From positions 1-58,566 of the forward strand of contig JALAGF010002807.1 of NCBI GenBank assembly GCA_030167865.1: DNA of 58,566 bases, in the 5' to 3' direction. Shown piece after piece: positions 1 through 10,608 of the stretch (positions within the stretch are counted from its first letter, which is position 1; each line of letters opens with the position of its first letter). The translations under genes and the position numbers were made by a program. The notes beneath the pieces are model-generated. The model saw only the letters and a program-made list of their open reading frames with translations. It ran no database searches and had not been told where the DNA came from. The stretch comes from Craspedostauros australis. Lineage: Eukaryota.

Positions 1-259
1 GATAGATGAACTAATAATAATGCGTGTAACCCCAGGCTTCTGCCACAGTACATGTATGTGCAATATCCTCTATAACGCTAGCACCAGACGTAGTACACGC
101 CACCAATACAACAAAGGTTACAACGCATTGGAAGGAGAAGCTGCAACGTCGGGACAGTTTATGTCGTAAGAATAACACGACAAAACACGCAGTGTGTAAA
201 ACATCACGAGGAATCAGTGAAAAGATGGAGGTTGGGCGAGTCGAACTATTCCAATCTCA

Positions 260-1450
260 GAGAGGGGGTATTCTGACGAGTCATTTTGTGCTCGTAAGTG
301 GATTGGTGAGTCCACTTACGTAACTGGATCGGTGAGTCCACTTACCACGAAGGTGTCAAAATAAGTGGATCGGTGAGTCCACTTACGAGAACACCGCACA
401 AAATTTTCCTTACGGATATGTGTATGTGCATCGCTCAACCATTGTTCTCTTATACTCTACGCGCAAGCGGCACAAATATTTGTGTCGACAGTGAACTGTG
501 ATTGATCGAAATCACATCACGAATTCGCTCACATCGAAACATTCAGAATTTCGGGAGGAAATTTGTAAACGATAAAAAATGAGAGCATCAGGAATCCTGT
601 CTGTCCATCAACCAACAGAAACGCATGGCGTTCAGCAAGAATCGATGTACTTCCCAACTAAACCTCAAATGACAATATCCTTGCCAGACCACTGCATCAT
701 CAATGGAATATGGAATCAGAAGGACTGTGGAAGCCAACAGCTGATGTCGACAAGATGTCACTGTGTCACCATGTTGGCAGCTGTGTCCACATCAGATCAA
801 GAAGGTGAAGATTCAATGACCAGAGTGACATCAAGATCATGGATATACAAAGAGGAATTTGGACAAGACATTTGGTGATTACTTGTGGAGTAATGCACCA
901 GTAGAGGACAAGATGACTGAATATGCATCAAATACAGAGTATGTATCAAGTACAGAATATCACATAGTACCAACATGCAAGAGAGAGAAAGAGAATACAA
1001 GTAATAGCAAGAGAGCATCTCACATGCCCACTCATAGTTGGGAGACACCAAGAGTATTGGAAGACTCTGAGAGGCATCGGAACAACGTAATGAAATAGCA
1101 AACGAAATCGTAACAACCACCACCACCACTGTCAACAGTCGCAAGAGTATCCATGAGCGGAACTTGCCAACAGATCAGTACAAACAACACTAATGTACTC
1201 ATTTTCAGCACTACTACTTCCCATACGGTCACCCCTCACTAACTGCATCAAACAGTCTCTCCGAAACTGGCAGTCAGCAAGGTCTTCCCTTCCAGATCGT
1301 GTCACAACAGCACACGAAATCCAACTCTGGTCATAGATATATGCAATAACTAACTTGTTAACCATGAGGCCCAGGATCTTTTAACTTTGCAGAAATACCA
1401 TGCACAGCATGATAGGATGATCTAGGTCCTCTTATTTACAATCGTCAGGA
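260..1450. mobile_element. Probable decayed transposable-element remnant (class unresolved)
   Basis: AT-richer and strongly CpG-depleted (one CG counted in 661-1070, CA/TG abundant). Only short broken ORFs. A purine tract agagggggta at ~261 is followed by subterminal palindromic repeats. No transposase or RT motif recognised. Confidence 0.4.
287..393. repeat. Three ~26-28 bp palindromic repeat units (consensus gtaagtggatcggtgagtccacttac) bounded by a 12-16 bp inverted repeat
   Basis: Units at about 293-320, 320-346 and 361-389. The consensus has gtaagtgga/tccacttac arms. Outer ctcgtaagtgga (291-302) is the exact reverse complement of tccacttacgag (378-389). Confidence 0.9.
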
Positions 1451-1717
1451 ACTTACTATCGTATCCTGAATAGGGCAGATTGTCGAGTCGTGGGTGAGCG
1501 ATATACGTCTGTCCGTACTTCCATGGCTAACTTCGTTGTTCCTCCAACCATCATGAAACCGCATCAAAAGAATGAATTGTCATGGTTTGACACACGCGCA
1601 AACGGAGCGAATTGGGAACCGAACCAAGAGCCAGAGCAAGAGCACAACTTGTTGAGTAGAATACTCTGCAGAGGACATCTCAAGAATCAGGAGCAAGCAA
1701 CAAGACAAGAACGAAAG

Positions 1718-3921
1718 ATGGTCGAGAAGGGCAACAAGCGCAAGGGAGGATCGTCGTCCGGCGGCTCGAGCAAATCCAAGAAGCCCAAGGGCGGAGATGC
1801 CGCCGAATCGATGACAAAGTCCGCGCAGAAGCGTCAGGTTCGCAAGGACCGACAATCGCAGAGGCGGCACGCGGATGTGGTGGAGGAAGCCAAGGCGTTG
1901 TGGAACAAGCTGCGGCTCAAGACGAATACGACGAAGGACACGAAGAAGCTGGTGGAGAAGTTGATGGATCTGATCACCGGGAAGATCAGCGAAATTGCCT
2001 TGCAGCATGATGCATCGCGCGTGGTGCAGGCCGCGATTCAGTTCGGCAACATGGAACAGCGCAAGATCATCCTCGGAGAGCTGTGCACGAAGGAGAGCGG
2101 GTCGTTGCCGGAGCTTGCCAAGATCCAGTACGCGCACTTTTGCTGTCTCAAGCTGATCAAGTACTGCCACCGTGATGCAGAGTGCGCCAAGACGATCGTC
2201 AGGGTGAGTGTTGTTATCATGTTGTCATGCCGTTGTGCTGTGAGATTGTGTGTCTGCTGAATTGTATCCGTACTCTGGTGCTATGCATGTGTTGCAGCAT
2301 GAAAGTTCAAACAAAATATGCACATGATCACCTGTGCATGTTGCATGCATGTCCCACCGTCGAATCACATGTGCGTGTTGTTAGTACATCGTACATCGCA
2401 AAGGCTCGCCAACTAACGAACTAACCAACCAACTAACCAACCACTGACAACAACATCGTTATGACAATTCCCGGGCACCACTGCCAGGAATTCAAGGGCC
2501 ACATCTCCAAACTGGCGGTGCACGCAGTGGCAGCACGTGTGATCGAGTCCCTCTTCCTCACCATGCCACCGAGACTGATAGTCGGATTGAAACAAGAATT
2601 CTACGGTCCCCACTTCGCATTGTTCGCACCACAACCATCCACGGCGGGCAAAGGCAAGAAGGACGCAAAGAATCTCGGCCCCATCCTCCCCACGCTGAGC
2701 GGCGTGCTGCAGGATGCGACCGACAGCCAGAAAAAGAATGCGATCAACTTCGTGAAGGAGATGGTGAACAAGACCATCCAGAAGGAATTCTTCGGCTACG
2801 CCTTCTTCCAGGACCTGTTCTGCGAGTACGCCGACGTGGCCGACGGGTCCGATCTGCGCCCGCTGATTCCCAGCGTCGCGGATCACGCGCTGCACATGCT
2901 GTCGACGCGGTCCGGGGCCAAGGCCGTGGCGAGCTGCGCGTCGTATGGCACGCCGAAGGATCGCAAGAGGTTGTTGAAGAGCCTGAAGGGATACACACGG
3001 TCGTCGCTGATGCATCGAGATGCGTACTTCAGCATCCTGCGGTTGGTGCAGGTGACGGACGATACCGTGTCCGTGCACAAGAGTTTGCTCAATGAGATTC
3101 TGACAGCCGCGGCGGATGGTGATGAGAAGGATGGCGATGACAACGCCGAAAAAGAAGAAACGCCGGTCTCTCCGTTGTTGGAGTTGGCGTTGGATGAAAA
3201 TGCGTCGAAGCTGTTCCTTCTTCTGCTGCCGAAGGATGACAAGATCCGAATGAAGTACTTCGATCCGTGGGAGCGCGACATACTTGGTTCCATGCCCACC
3301 ATCCGCGAGAACGGGGCGGACGTGCCCACATCGAAGAAGGATCCTGAGATCCGGCAGCGCGAGTTGCTCTCCCACCTGAAGCCAGCGCTGTTGGAAATGT
3401 GCGTTAACCATGCCGACGAATTGATGCGTTCCTTGCCGGGATCGCGCGTGTTGAAGGAGGTGTACGCCGCGTGGTCGCCCACCAACGTGATCGATGCCAC
3501 GGTGAGCGCCTGCGTGGCATCGTTGGACAGCGATGCGAATGGTGCTGATGAGGACGGCTCAACACAAGACGCACCGTCGTCCGTCTTCGAGGATCCCGCC
3601 GGACACTTGATCATCAAGCACATGGTGCTTTTGGATGCGGAGCGCACATCGCAAGCCAACAAGAGCAGCAGTGATGGTGACGATGGTGATGAGCACGAAC
3701 CCGCCTTCAGCAAGGCTCTGTTCGAGAAGGTTTGCGATCGATTTACTGACGTCGCTTCATCCAACCGAGGCGCGTTCGTGATGACGGCGCTGTGCAAGGT
3801 GGAGTCGCTCGCAAAGCAAGTGAAGTCCAAGCTGAAGCCCGAGATGAAGGAATGGAAGAAGCTGTCCAAAGGCAAGGGCGCGACGGCAGGATACGCGGCC
3901 TTGTTGAAGGAAATCTCATGA
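1718..3921 (+). CDS. PUM3: Pumilio homology domain protein 3 / Puf6-like nucleolar RNA-binding protein, ~639 aa; exons 1718-2203 and 2488-3921
   Basis: Basic N-terminus and PUF-A-type motifs (LWNKLR, ALQHDASRVVQAAIQFG, QEFYGPHF, GTPKDRKRLLKSLKG, TDDTV, SKKDPEIRQRELL, NRGAFV). A phase-0 intron 2204-2487 (GTGAGT...CTGAC...CAG) joins KTIVR to EFKGH in frame. Confidence 0.9.
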
Positions 3922-5019
3922 GTGATTGTGGCAAGTACTCGTGCTGGAGTACCGCGGCGCTGCAGGAGTGCGGAGTATGCAATTCTAAAACTGTACTCGT
4001 AATAGATCGTAATTCAGAGATGGTCTTCTCGCTCGTTTCCTTGCTTGCGAAAGGAGGAAGAGGGTGGAGAGTGGCAGAGGGGTGGGAATCTCTGTGGTAT
4101 CTTTGACTCCAGTCATGAATGTCTCCCTCTTGTGACACCTTCCGTGTTTTGCGCGGGAAGCAATCTTTGATCACAACCACCAAGACGAGATAAACACTGT
4201 GCGAGGTGAGGATCGCATCACATCGAATCTGCGACAAAGCGACCCGAAACGTGTTGGTGTCAATGCTCCAGGTTCCCAAACACGCAGCGAGTTTCTCCCT
4301 TTCTCTCTCTCTGCTTGGTTGGCGTGGAGCGATCGGGTGGACACGATCTATCCGTGGGATACCCCACACACTGCGTCACACCGTGGCTCGTGCAATACTT
4401 CCGAAAGTCCTGTCCACCACACGCTCAAACGTGCAATTGCAACTGCCAGTGCTCTGTTGCTCAAGAGGTTGGAGGAGCCACCTGTGCATACCCTCCTCTC
4501 AATCAACCATTCCTTGTCACGGAAGCGAAGAAGGAGAGAAAAGCAACGCATCACTGACCGCATTGTGAATCTTTGCGAACTTGCAGTCACACACATGGCA
4601 CCTGTACTTGTACGAATAGTAAGATACGAGCAGATCTGCCCAACCACTTCACGCAGCATCACCAACAGCGACACCATCACATCGCATCACATCGCATCAC
4701 ACAACAGAGAGCAAACGAGAAGCAACGCACAGCGCGAGGTAAAAACACGAACAGAGAGCACTCACCAGACGTGCGATCTCGCAGAAGCTGCATCAAGCAA
4801 CATCAGTGACGGACGCCAAGCCACAGAGCATCACCAAACACGTTGCAGACACAGCCAGGGCCGTGCGTCATTTCAGCAAAACAGAGTGCTCTCTCCTTCT
4901 CTTCAGAGAGCATCATACGATTAGGCAAGGAAGAGTCCGACGCCCACATTGCACAAGTCTTCAGTTCCAACCTTCATACAAATTCGAGAGCACTCCATCG
5001 GATAGAGACAGTTGGAAAG

Positions 5020-7728
5020 ATGTGGAAGCAGCGCCGCGTGGTATCTTCCATGCTCCAGAGGAGGTTGGCCACGTCTGGCGGCCGCAATCAGCCTCATCGC
5101 GATCAGAAACGCTGGGCTACTAACGTTCACCCCAATCATTCTTCTGGCAAGTCCATAAGCAACCGATTCCACTCCACGAATTCGCAGCGCACACCGTGGA
5201 ATTCCCACAACGCTCCTCTCTTGATGGCAGGCATTGGGTTGTCTGCTGCTGTCTTGTCGGAGATCAACAAGGATGCCCAGAATGATGCCAAGAATGACGC
5301 CCAGAATAACAACCACACCAAGGACGATCGTGGCATGCAGGAGGGCCAGCAATCAATCCGGGCTCCCCAGCATGCGCTCAATGGAAGAGTCCACGGCAAG
5401 ACCGGCATCATGAGTAATGAGTGCAGAGGGCATGGTGCGACCAATGGTTCCACCATCGCAAACACTGCTGTCACCGCCACCGTGAACGTGCCAGGCGCTG
5501 CCGAGTTGGGGATCATGGCGCACACCACGTCTTGCGATGATGACAGATCGACAACGTCGCTGGTGGCGAAGTTCCTGGGAAGCAGGAGAACCTCTGGATT
5601 CCTGTCTCAGCACCAGTCGCCACATGTGCGCCGAATAAAGATGCCTTACAGCTCAAAGACGCTGGAACGCAAGTATGATGTCCAATGGAACACCAACATT
5701 GGCGAAGGCACCTTCGGCACTATCTTTCGCGCCAAAAACAGAGAGACCGGCAAGATGGTGGCCATCAAGAAAATACCCAAACGGTACACCCAGCGCGACC
5801 AATTCTTCGCCGAGATGGATGCCCTCTTGCATCTGCGGCAGAACGGTGGCCATCCCGGCATCAACTCGCTCATCGAATACTTCAACGAGAGAGGGAATTA
5901 CTACCTGGTGCTCGACCTCATTGATGGCATCGAGCTCTTCGAGCATCTGGTGGATCAGGGGGCCTATTCGGAGGCCGACGCCTCGCGGCTGATGCGGGAG
6001 GTGGCCGCCGCTCTCACCTTCCTCCATGGCATCGGCATCACCCACGGCGATCTCAAGCCAGAGAATTTGATGCTCAGCTCCAAGGACTCCAACGAGGCTG
6101 TCATCAAGCTCGTGGATTTTGGCTGCTCGCAGGTCGACCATGTGGACCACGAGCTTGCCGAAGATCACCCCGCCGCTCAGAGGAATCAGAGCGACCGCGA
6201 CGACAAGGTCTCGCTGGCGGGCAAGACGTTGGCGTACAGCCCTCCGGAAATCCTAGACCCGGCAGCGCGAAAGCGACTGGCCAAGCTCGATCCCTCGTTG
6301 GACATGTGGGCCCTCGGGGTCATCCTCTACATCATGCTCACCGGCTTCCACCCCTACGACCTCAACGGGCAGGCATCCGACGAGGAGGTCACCACCGCCA
6401 TCATCAGCGACGAGGAACCGCCGATCCGGGGCTCGCCAATGACCGCACATCTTTCCGAATCCGCCATCGATCTCATCGAACGCCTCATGTGTCGAGATCC
6501 TGCGAAGCGTCTCACCGCCTTCGACATGCTGCACCATAGCTGGGTGAAGGGAGAGACCGCGAACACCCTCAAGATGCAGACAACGAGCGAAAAGCTGGCC
6601 GGCTACAGAAAGCACAAGACCAAGCTCGCACACTATTATCTCACGCATCTACTCAATGATGAAAGTGCCAACAACTCCGATTCTCTCACGGAAAGCGCGC
6701 TTTCGGCGTTCAACAGCGACAAGGACAGGTTTCCTGGGATCGTCTCGTCGAACGACAACAATGAACCGCTCACGCTGTCTAACTTCTCGTCAGTACTGCG
6801 AGAGAACATGGCCGATGTGCACTTCCCTCCAGGCAGCGTGATATACAGGGAAGGCGAGATCGGCAACAACATGTTCTTCATCGAATCCGGCATCGTGTCG
6901 ATCGAAACATCGACAGGATTTCACAGCCGACGCAAGCGAGGCAACTACTTCGGGGAGGGGGCGCTCTTCGATCCATCCAAGCGACGTTCCGCCACCGTCC
7001 GATCCGTGACGCCTGTCCACACGCGTCGCATACGCCGCGAATTCTTCGAAGATTTCCTGGAGGACTCCGACCCCAACTTGTTCTTGAAGATGAGGGAGAA
7101 GGACAAGGTGCGCAAGCGCAATCGAATGCGTTCCATCCTTAGTTTGCAGAGGGACCTCATTTTGAAGGAGTACCGGAACGGCGACTTCTTGTTCCGCGAT
7201 GGCGACGACGGCGATTCGTTGTTCATCGTCAAGGAAGGCAAGGTCGCCATCGAAGCGAATGGCAAGCACGTTCTCTCAGCGACGCCGGGAAACATCATCG
7301 GCGAGCACGCGATGCTCACGAGGCAGCCACGGAACTGCACGGCTCTGTGCGATGAAAAGACGGGATGCATCGTGCATCAATTTCTCGGCCAGAAGCTGCG
7401 AGTTCTCATGGAAGAGGCTCCGTACATTGAAACCACCCTGAAGGAGATGTGCATCCGCAGGGACTTCAAGAAGGCCGTCGTGCTGCGTCTCAACAAGGAG
7501 TTCCCGTACGACAATCCACGCGAAGCATTCGATGCCATTCAAGCCGGGGATTCGGAATTCCTGGATGCCGCGTCCGTGGGACCGCTGATGCGCATGCTGC
7601 ATCCCTACACCGATGAGGAGGTTGATGAGATCATACGAACGATCGACCTGAATCATTCAGGCTCCATTTCTTACGACGAATTCAAGACCGTCTTCGTCGC
7701 CAACAGACGTGAGTCGGATTCCATGTGA
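5020..7728 (+). CDS. Ser/Thr kinase (CaMK/CDPK-like) with two cNMP-binding domains and a C-terminal EF-hand, ~902 aa; putative mitochondrial presequence
   Basis: Kinase motifs IGEGTFG, VAIKKI, HGDLKPEN, DFG, YSPPE, DMWALGVILY. cNMP cassettes GNYFGEGAL...RRSATVRS and GNIIGEHAML...PRNCTA. EF loop DLNHSGSISYDEF. First ATG in frame at 5020. Confidence 0.9.
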   Translation: MWKQRRVVSSMLQRRLATSGGRNQPHRDQKRWATNVHPNHSSGKSISNRFHSTNSQRTPWNSHNAPLLMAGIGLSAAVLSEINKDAQNDAKNDAQNNNHTKDDRGMQEGQQSIRAPQHALNGRVHGKTGIMSNECRGHGATNGSTIANTAVTATVNVPGAAELGIMAHTTSCDDDRSTTSLVAKFLGSRRTSGFLSQHQSPHVRRIKMPYSSKTLERKYDVQWNTNIGEGTFGTIFRAKNRETGKMVAIKKIPKRYTQRDQFFAEMDALLHLRQNGGHPGINSLIEYFNERGNYYLVLDLIDGIELFEHLVDQGAYSEADASRLMREVAAALTFLHGIGITHGDLKPENLMLSSKDSNEAVIKLVDFGCSQVDHVDHELAEDHPAAQRNQSDRDDKVSLAGKTLAYSPPEILDPAARKRLAKLDPSLDMWALGVILYIMLTGFHPYDLNGQASDEEVTTAIISDEEPPIRGSPMTAHLSESAIDLIERLMCRDPAKRLTAFDMLHHSWVKGETANTLKMQTTSEKLAGYRKHKTKLAHYYLTHLLNDESANNSDSLTESALSAFNSDKDRFPGIVSSNDNNEPLTLSNFSSVLRENMADVHFPPGSVIYREGEIGNNMFFIESGIVSIETSTGFHSRRKRGNYFGEGALFDPSKRRSATVRSVTPVHTRRIRREFFEDFLEDSDPNLFLKMREKDKVRKRNRMRSILSLQRDLILKEYRNGDFLFRDGDDGDSLFIVKEGKVAIEANGKHVLSATPGNIIGEHAMLTRQPRNCTALCDEKTGCIVHQFLGQKLRVLMEEAPYIETTLKEMCIRRDFKKAVVLRLNKEFPYDNPREAFDAIQAGDSEFLDAASVGPLMRMLHPYTDEEVDEIIRTIDLNHSGSISYDEFKTVFVANRRESDSM

Positions 7729-8015
7729 AGCGGCAGGCATGTACTAGTACGTATGGTATACTCGTAGTTTTGGTAAAATATGTACGCTACATTTTTGAAT
7801 ACTTGCGTACCTGCGTGCCTGTTGCACCATGTGATGACTGTCTTCATGTGTACTCCTACGTAGTCGTACCCTAACGAAATGTGCAGTGTTCTACTCGAGC
7901 AGAGTGCTCTACGTACGTATTCTATCTCGTACAACCGGTGTACTCGTGCACGTGCCTAAAGCGTTCGTGCGGTACCACACTTGTATTGCGTCGTTATGCC
8001 GTATGACTATTCCAT

Positions 8016-9848
8016 CTACAACGTGTACTGCGGATGGGCTGTCGCGATGGCCTCAAACGCGAACATGAGCAACAGAACCATGGTGAACATCATTATCTGC
8101 CGCCTCGAGCATAGCTGTTCCTTGGAGGGCAGCGGGTTCGAGAAGAAGTACACCGATGCAATGATCAGCGTTGCGCCGACCAAAAAGCCTCCCGTTAGCT
8201 TCATCCCCATGAACAGTATGCTGAATGCCGTGGCCAACAGCACGCTGAACCCGGTGGCCAGTCCCTTCATGACGCTGTCGGCGTACTTGATAACGGACGC
8301 CACGACGAGTCCTCCGACCGCGAGCCATACCACCTGAATCCAGACCAAGCCTCGGAATCCATGGAAGAAGGGTTGTTGCTCGGATTCGGGCGTGTTGAGT
8401 CTGGCATGCACCACTCTCATGTTCGCCACGATGATGGAGAAGAACGCGAGCTGTATGTTCCGCATCCAAATGGACGTCGGCGGTTTGGATGGCTCAGACG
8501 ATGCATCGTCTGCATTCGACTCCTTAACTTTCGCAGCCGCATTCGTAGCCGTTGGCTTGCCAATATGCTGGTTGCTGATGCTGTCATCATCCGTCATGCT
8601 GGCTAAGCTGGAATTGATTCGACGCAGCGCCGTGCTGCTCTTCTTCGATTGCGCGCCTTCCAGGTCGATGGAATGCTGCCGTTTCATAGCATCTCCTGGC
8701 ATCGACTTATCCTTCTTTCCGGCAGACAGTTGCCTCTGTTTGAGGACGATCTCGAAGAACACTGTGGCCATGGATCCGGAAAAGCAAGCAGCTGCAACCG
8801 CGACAATCCCCACGAAAGTTGACTGCTTCGGTGCGGTCGACGTGGAGATAGCGTTTGCTGCTGCTGCAGTTGCTGTAATGTTGCGCTTCGCCTGTTCGAG
8901 AATAGCATTTGGCGATTCGGCAAGACCGCTTGTTGATACCACGGGGGAGATGAATCCCATAATCCATTCGAAGGATGCACCAAGGCTGGCCGATGCACTT
9001 TCTCCCACCACGACAATCGCAACGCCGACCGTCAAAGCCAAGAGGCACAACCATTGTCGGAAGACGTATTTGCGCTGCAGGAAGCAGACGCTGAGAAACG
9101 CCGTCATCAGCAACTTGACCTGCAGCAGGACCTGAAACACCGGGGCTGAAAGGTTGGAGATGGCGACGTAGGCCATGTTGTTCCCGATCCAATAGAGGAT
9201 GGCAGGGATGGCCATCTTCCATCCGTCCTTGCAGTGGTCCTTGCATCGCAGCATCGCGCTGCTCAGCGTCGTGAGCTGCTTCGATGGCGATGTTGATTTG
9301 TCGTTCTGTCTGTACATGAAGTAGAGCTCCAAGACGCAGCTGAAGAGCAGCTTGAAGTATTCCACCATCAGCAGCATCGTGTTGATGTCGTACAGCTCAT
9401 CTTCTGGCACCGACGAACGATTATACCTGCCCAGCAGCGTTTGGCTGGAGCTCTGCAGCACGAGCCAGACCAGGAGAAACAGCCTGAAGGATGCGGCTGC
9501 TGCTGAAGCCGCTGTCGTCGTTGCTGACGATGCTGCTGGCTTCTCCATATTTGAGCCACTCTGTTGTGCTTCTGCATTCGTTGTTGATGTGGATGTTGTT
9601 GACGTTGCTATTGATGTTGGAACCTGCGTTAATGCCGATGATCTCGTGGTCACCTCCACCAGCGGTAGCACCTCCGATAATGACTCCTGATTCGTGATGG
9701 TCCATGACGACGACGATGATGGCGCCGATGGGATGGTACCCCTCTTGTTAGTCGTCAGCATCGTGCGCACTTGTAACTGTGTCTGTCTTATGCAGCTTCT
9801 CTCTCTCTCCTTCGCTTCCTCTTCCGTATGGGTCTTGGCGTTGGTCAT
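8016..9848 (-). CDS. SLC35A-family nucleotide-sugar (UDP-Gal/UDP-GlcNAc/CMP-sialic acid-type) transporter; start could be 9761
   Basis: Multiple TM helices and family motifs (MVEYFKL, IPAILYWIGNNMAYVAISNL, FQVLLQVKLLMTA, VFFEIVLK, SIWMRNIQL, GGLVVASVIKYADSVMKG). Substrate cannot be determined from sequence. Confidence 0.88.
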   Translation of the reverse strand: MTNAKTHTEEEAKERERSCIRQTQLQVRTMLTTNKRGTIPSAPSSSSSWTITNQESLSEVLPLVEVTTRSSALTQVPTSIATSTTSTSTTNAEAQQSGSNMEKPAASSATTTAASAAAASFRLFLLVWLVLQSSSQTLLGRYNRSSVPEDELYDINTMLLMVEYFKLLFSCVLELYFMYRQNDKSTSPSKQLTTLSSAMLRCKDHCKDGWKMAIPAILYWIGNNMAYVAISNLSAPVFQVLLQVKLLMTAFLSVCFLQRKYVFRQWLCLLALTVGVAIVVVGESASASLGASFEWIMGFISPVVSTSGLAESPNAILEQAKRNITATAAAANAISTSTAPKQSTFVGIVAVAAACFSGSMATVFFEIVLKQRQLSAGKKDKSMPGDAMKRQHSIDLEGAQSKKSSTALRRINSSLASMTDDDSISNQHIGKPTATNAAAKVKESNADDASSEPSKPPTSIWMRNIQLAFFSIIVANMRVVHARLNTPESEQQPFFHGFRGLVWIQVVWLAVGGLVVASVIKYADSVMKGLATGFSVLLATAFSILFMGMKLTGGFLVGATLIIASVYFFSNPLPSKEQLCSRRQIMMFTMVLLLMFAFEAIATAHPQYTL

Positions 9849-9960
9849 TGAGGTTGAGTCCTTTGCTCATTGTCCATCGAAGTTGTTCACGTTCTTGCAT
9901 CGCCCCAACGCGTCGATGTGTTGGTTCTCGTCGATGGTGAGAAACAACACGGCAACCAAC

Positions 9961-9987
9961 AACAAGAACAAGAACAAGAACAAGAAC
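9961..9987. repeat. (AACAAG)n microsatellite
   Basis: Direct reading of the sequence. Confidence 0.85.
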
Positions 9988-10608
9988 ACGAACAATGACA
10001 AACATGCGAACAAGAAAGGATGACGTTGAATCCTGTGTACGATTGAGTCACTAATAAGACGCAGCGCCATTCTGATAGAGAGCAAGACTAAATATATGAT
10101 GATCAGATTGGGGTGTCGCGGTAATTTACAAATTAATATAAAACCAAACGTGACGAGAACATCGAACGCAGACATAGTCTCAAAACAAGGACGAAATAGT
10201 TCACCACACACCCAAAACAATGCCATATCGTGTCATATACAACTTGTAAAAATACATGACTCTTTTCACCCCAATTGTGTTGATTCAAGTGCTCATAATT
10301 GGATGGTATTGGGCTTCCATCAAAATCTGAAGGGCTAGGAAGAGACGCAAATCGTGTTTGTTCGCTTCCACCCAAACACAACACAAGCGTGGTGGACAAG
10401 ATTGTAACGACAAGCCACATCGCTGCGCACCCAAGATGGATTCTCACACCACAAAATCCAACAAGAGAGGTCACAGCCACAGAACAACCATTGGGAGACA
10501 GTGCATACTGCTGCGCTTGTTGGGACATCGCCCGCGATATACATACATACAAAGACGGATTGCCTGCGCACCTGCACATCTGCCCGTCTGCATACCTGCC
10601 AACAAGAC

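Noticed and set aside
287-393. CRISPR-like palindromic repeats
   Set aside because: Spacers are 0 and ~14 nt, there are only three units, no cas genes, and the context is eukaryotic.
579-1365. Short ORFs as a transposase or gag/pol gene
   Set aside because: No DDE, RT, integrase or zinc-knuckle motif recognised; frames are broken.
1580-3875. Long antisense ORFs over PUM3 (and similar ones over the kinase, DDX41, RPSA and bystin)
   Set aside because: Shadow frames produced by GC-rich codon bias of the real genes; no recognisable motifs.
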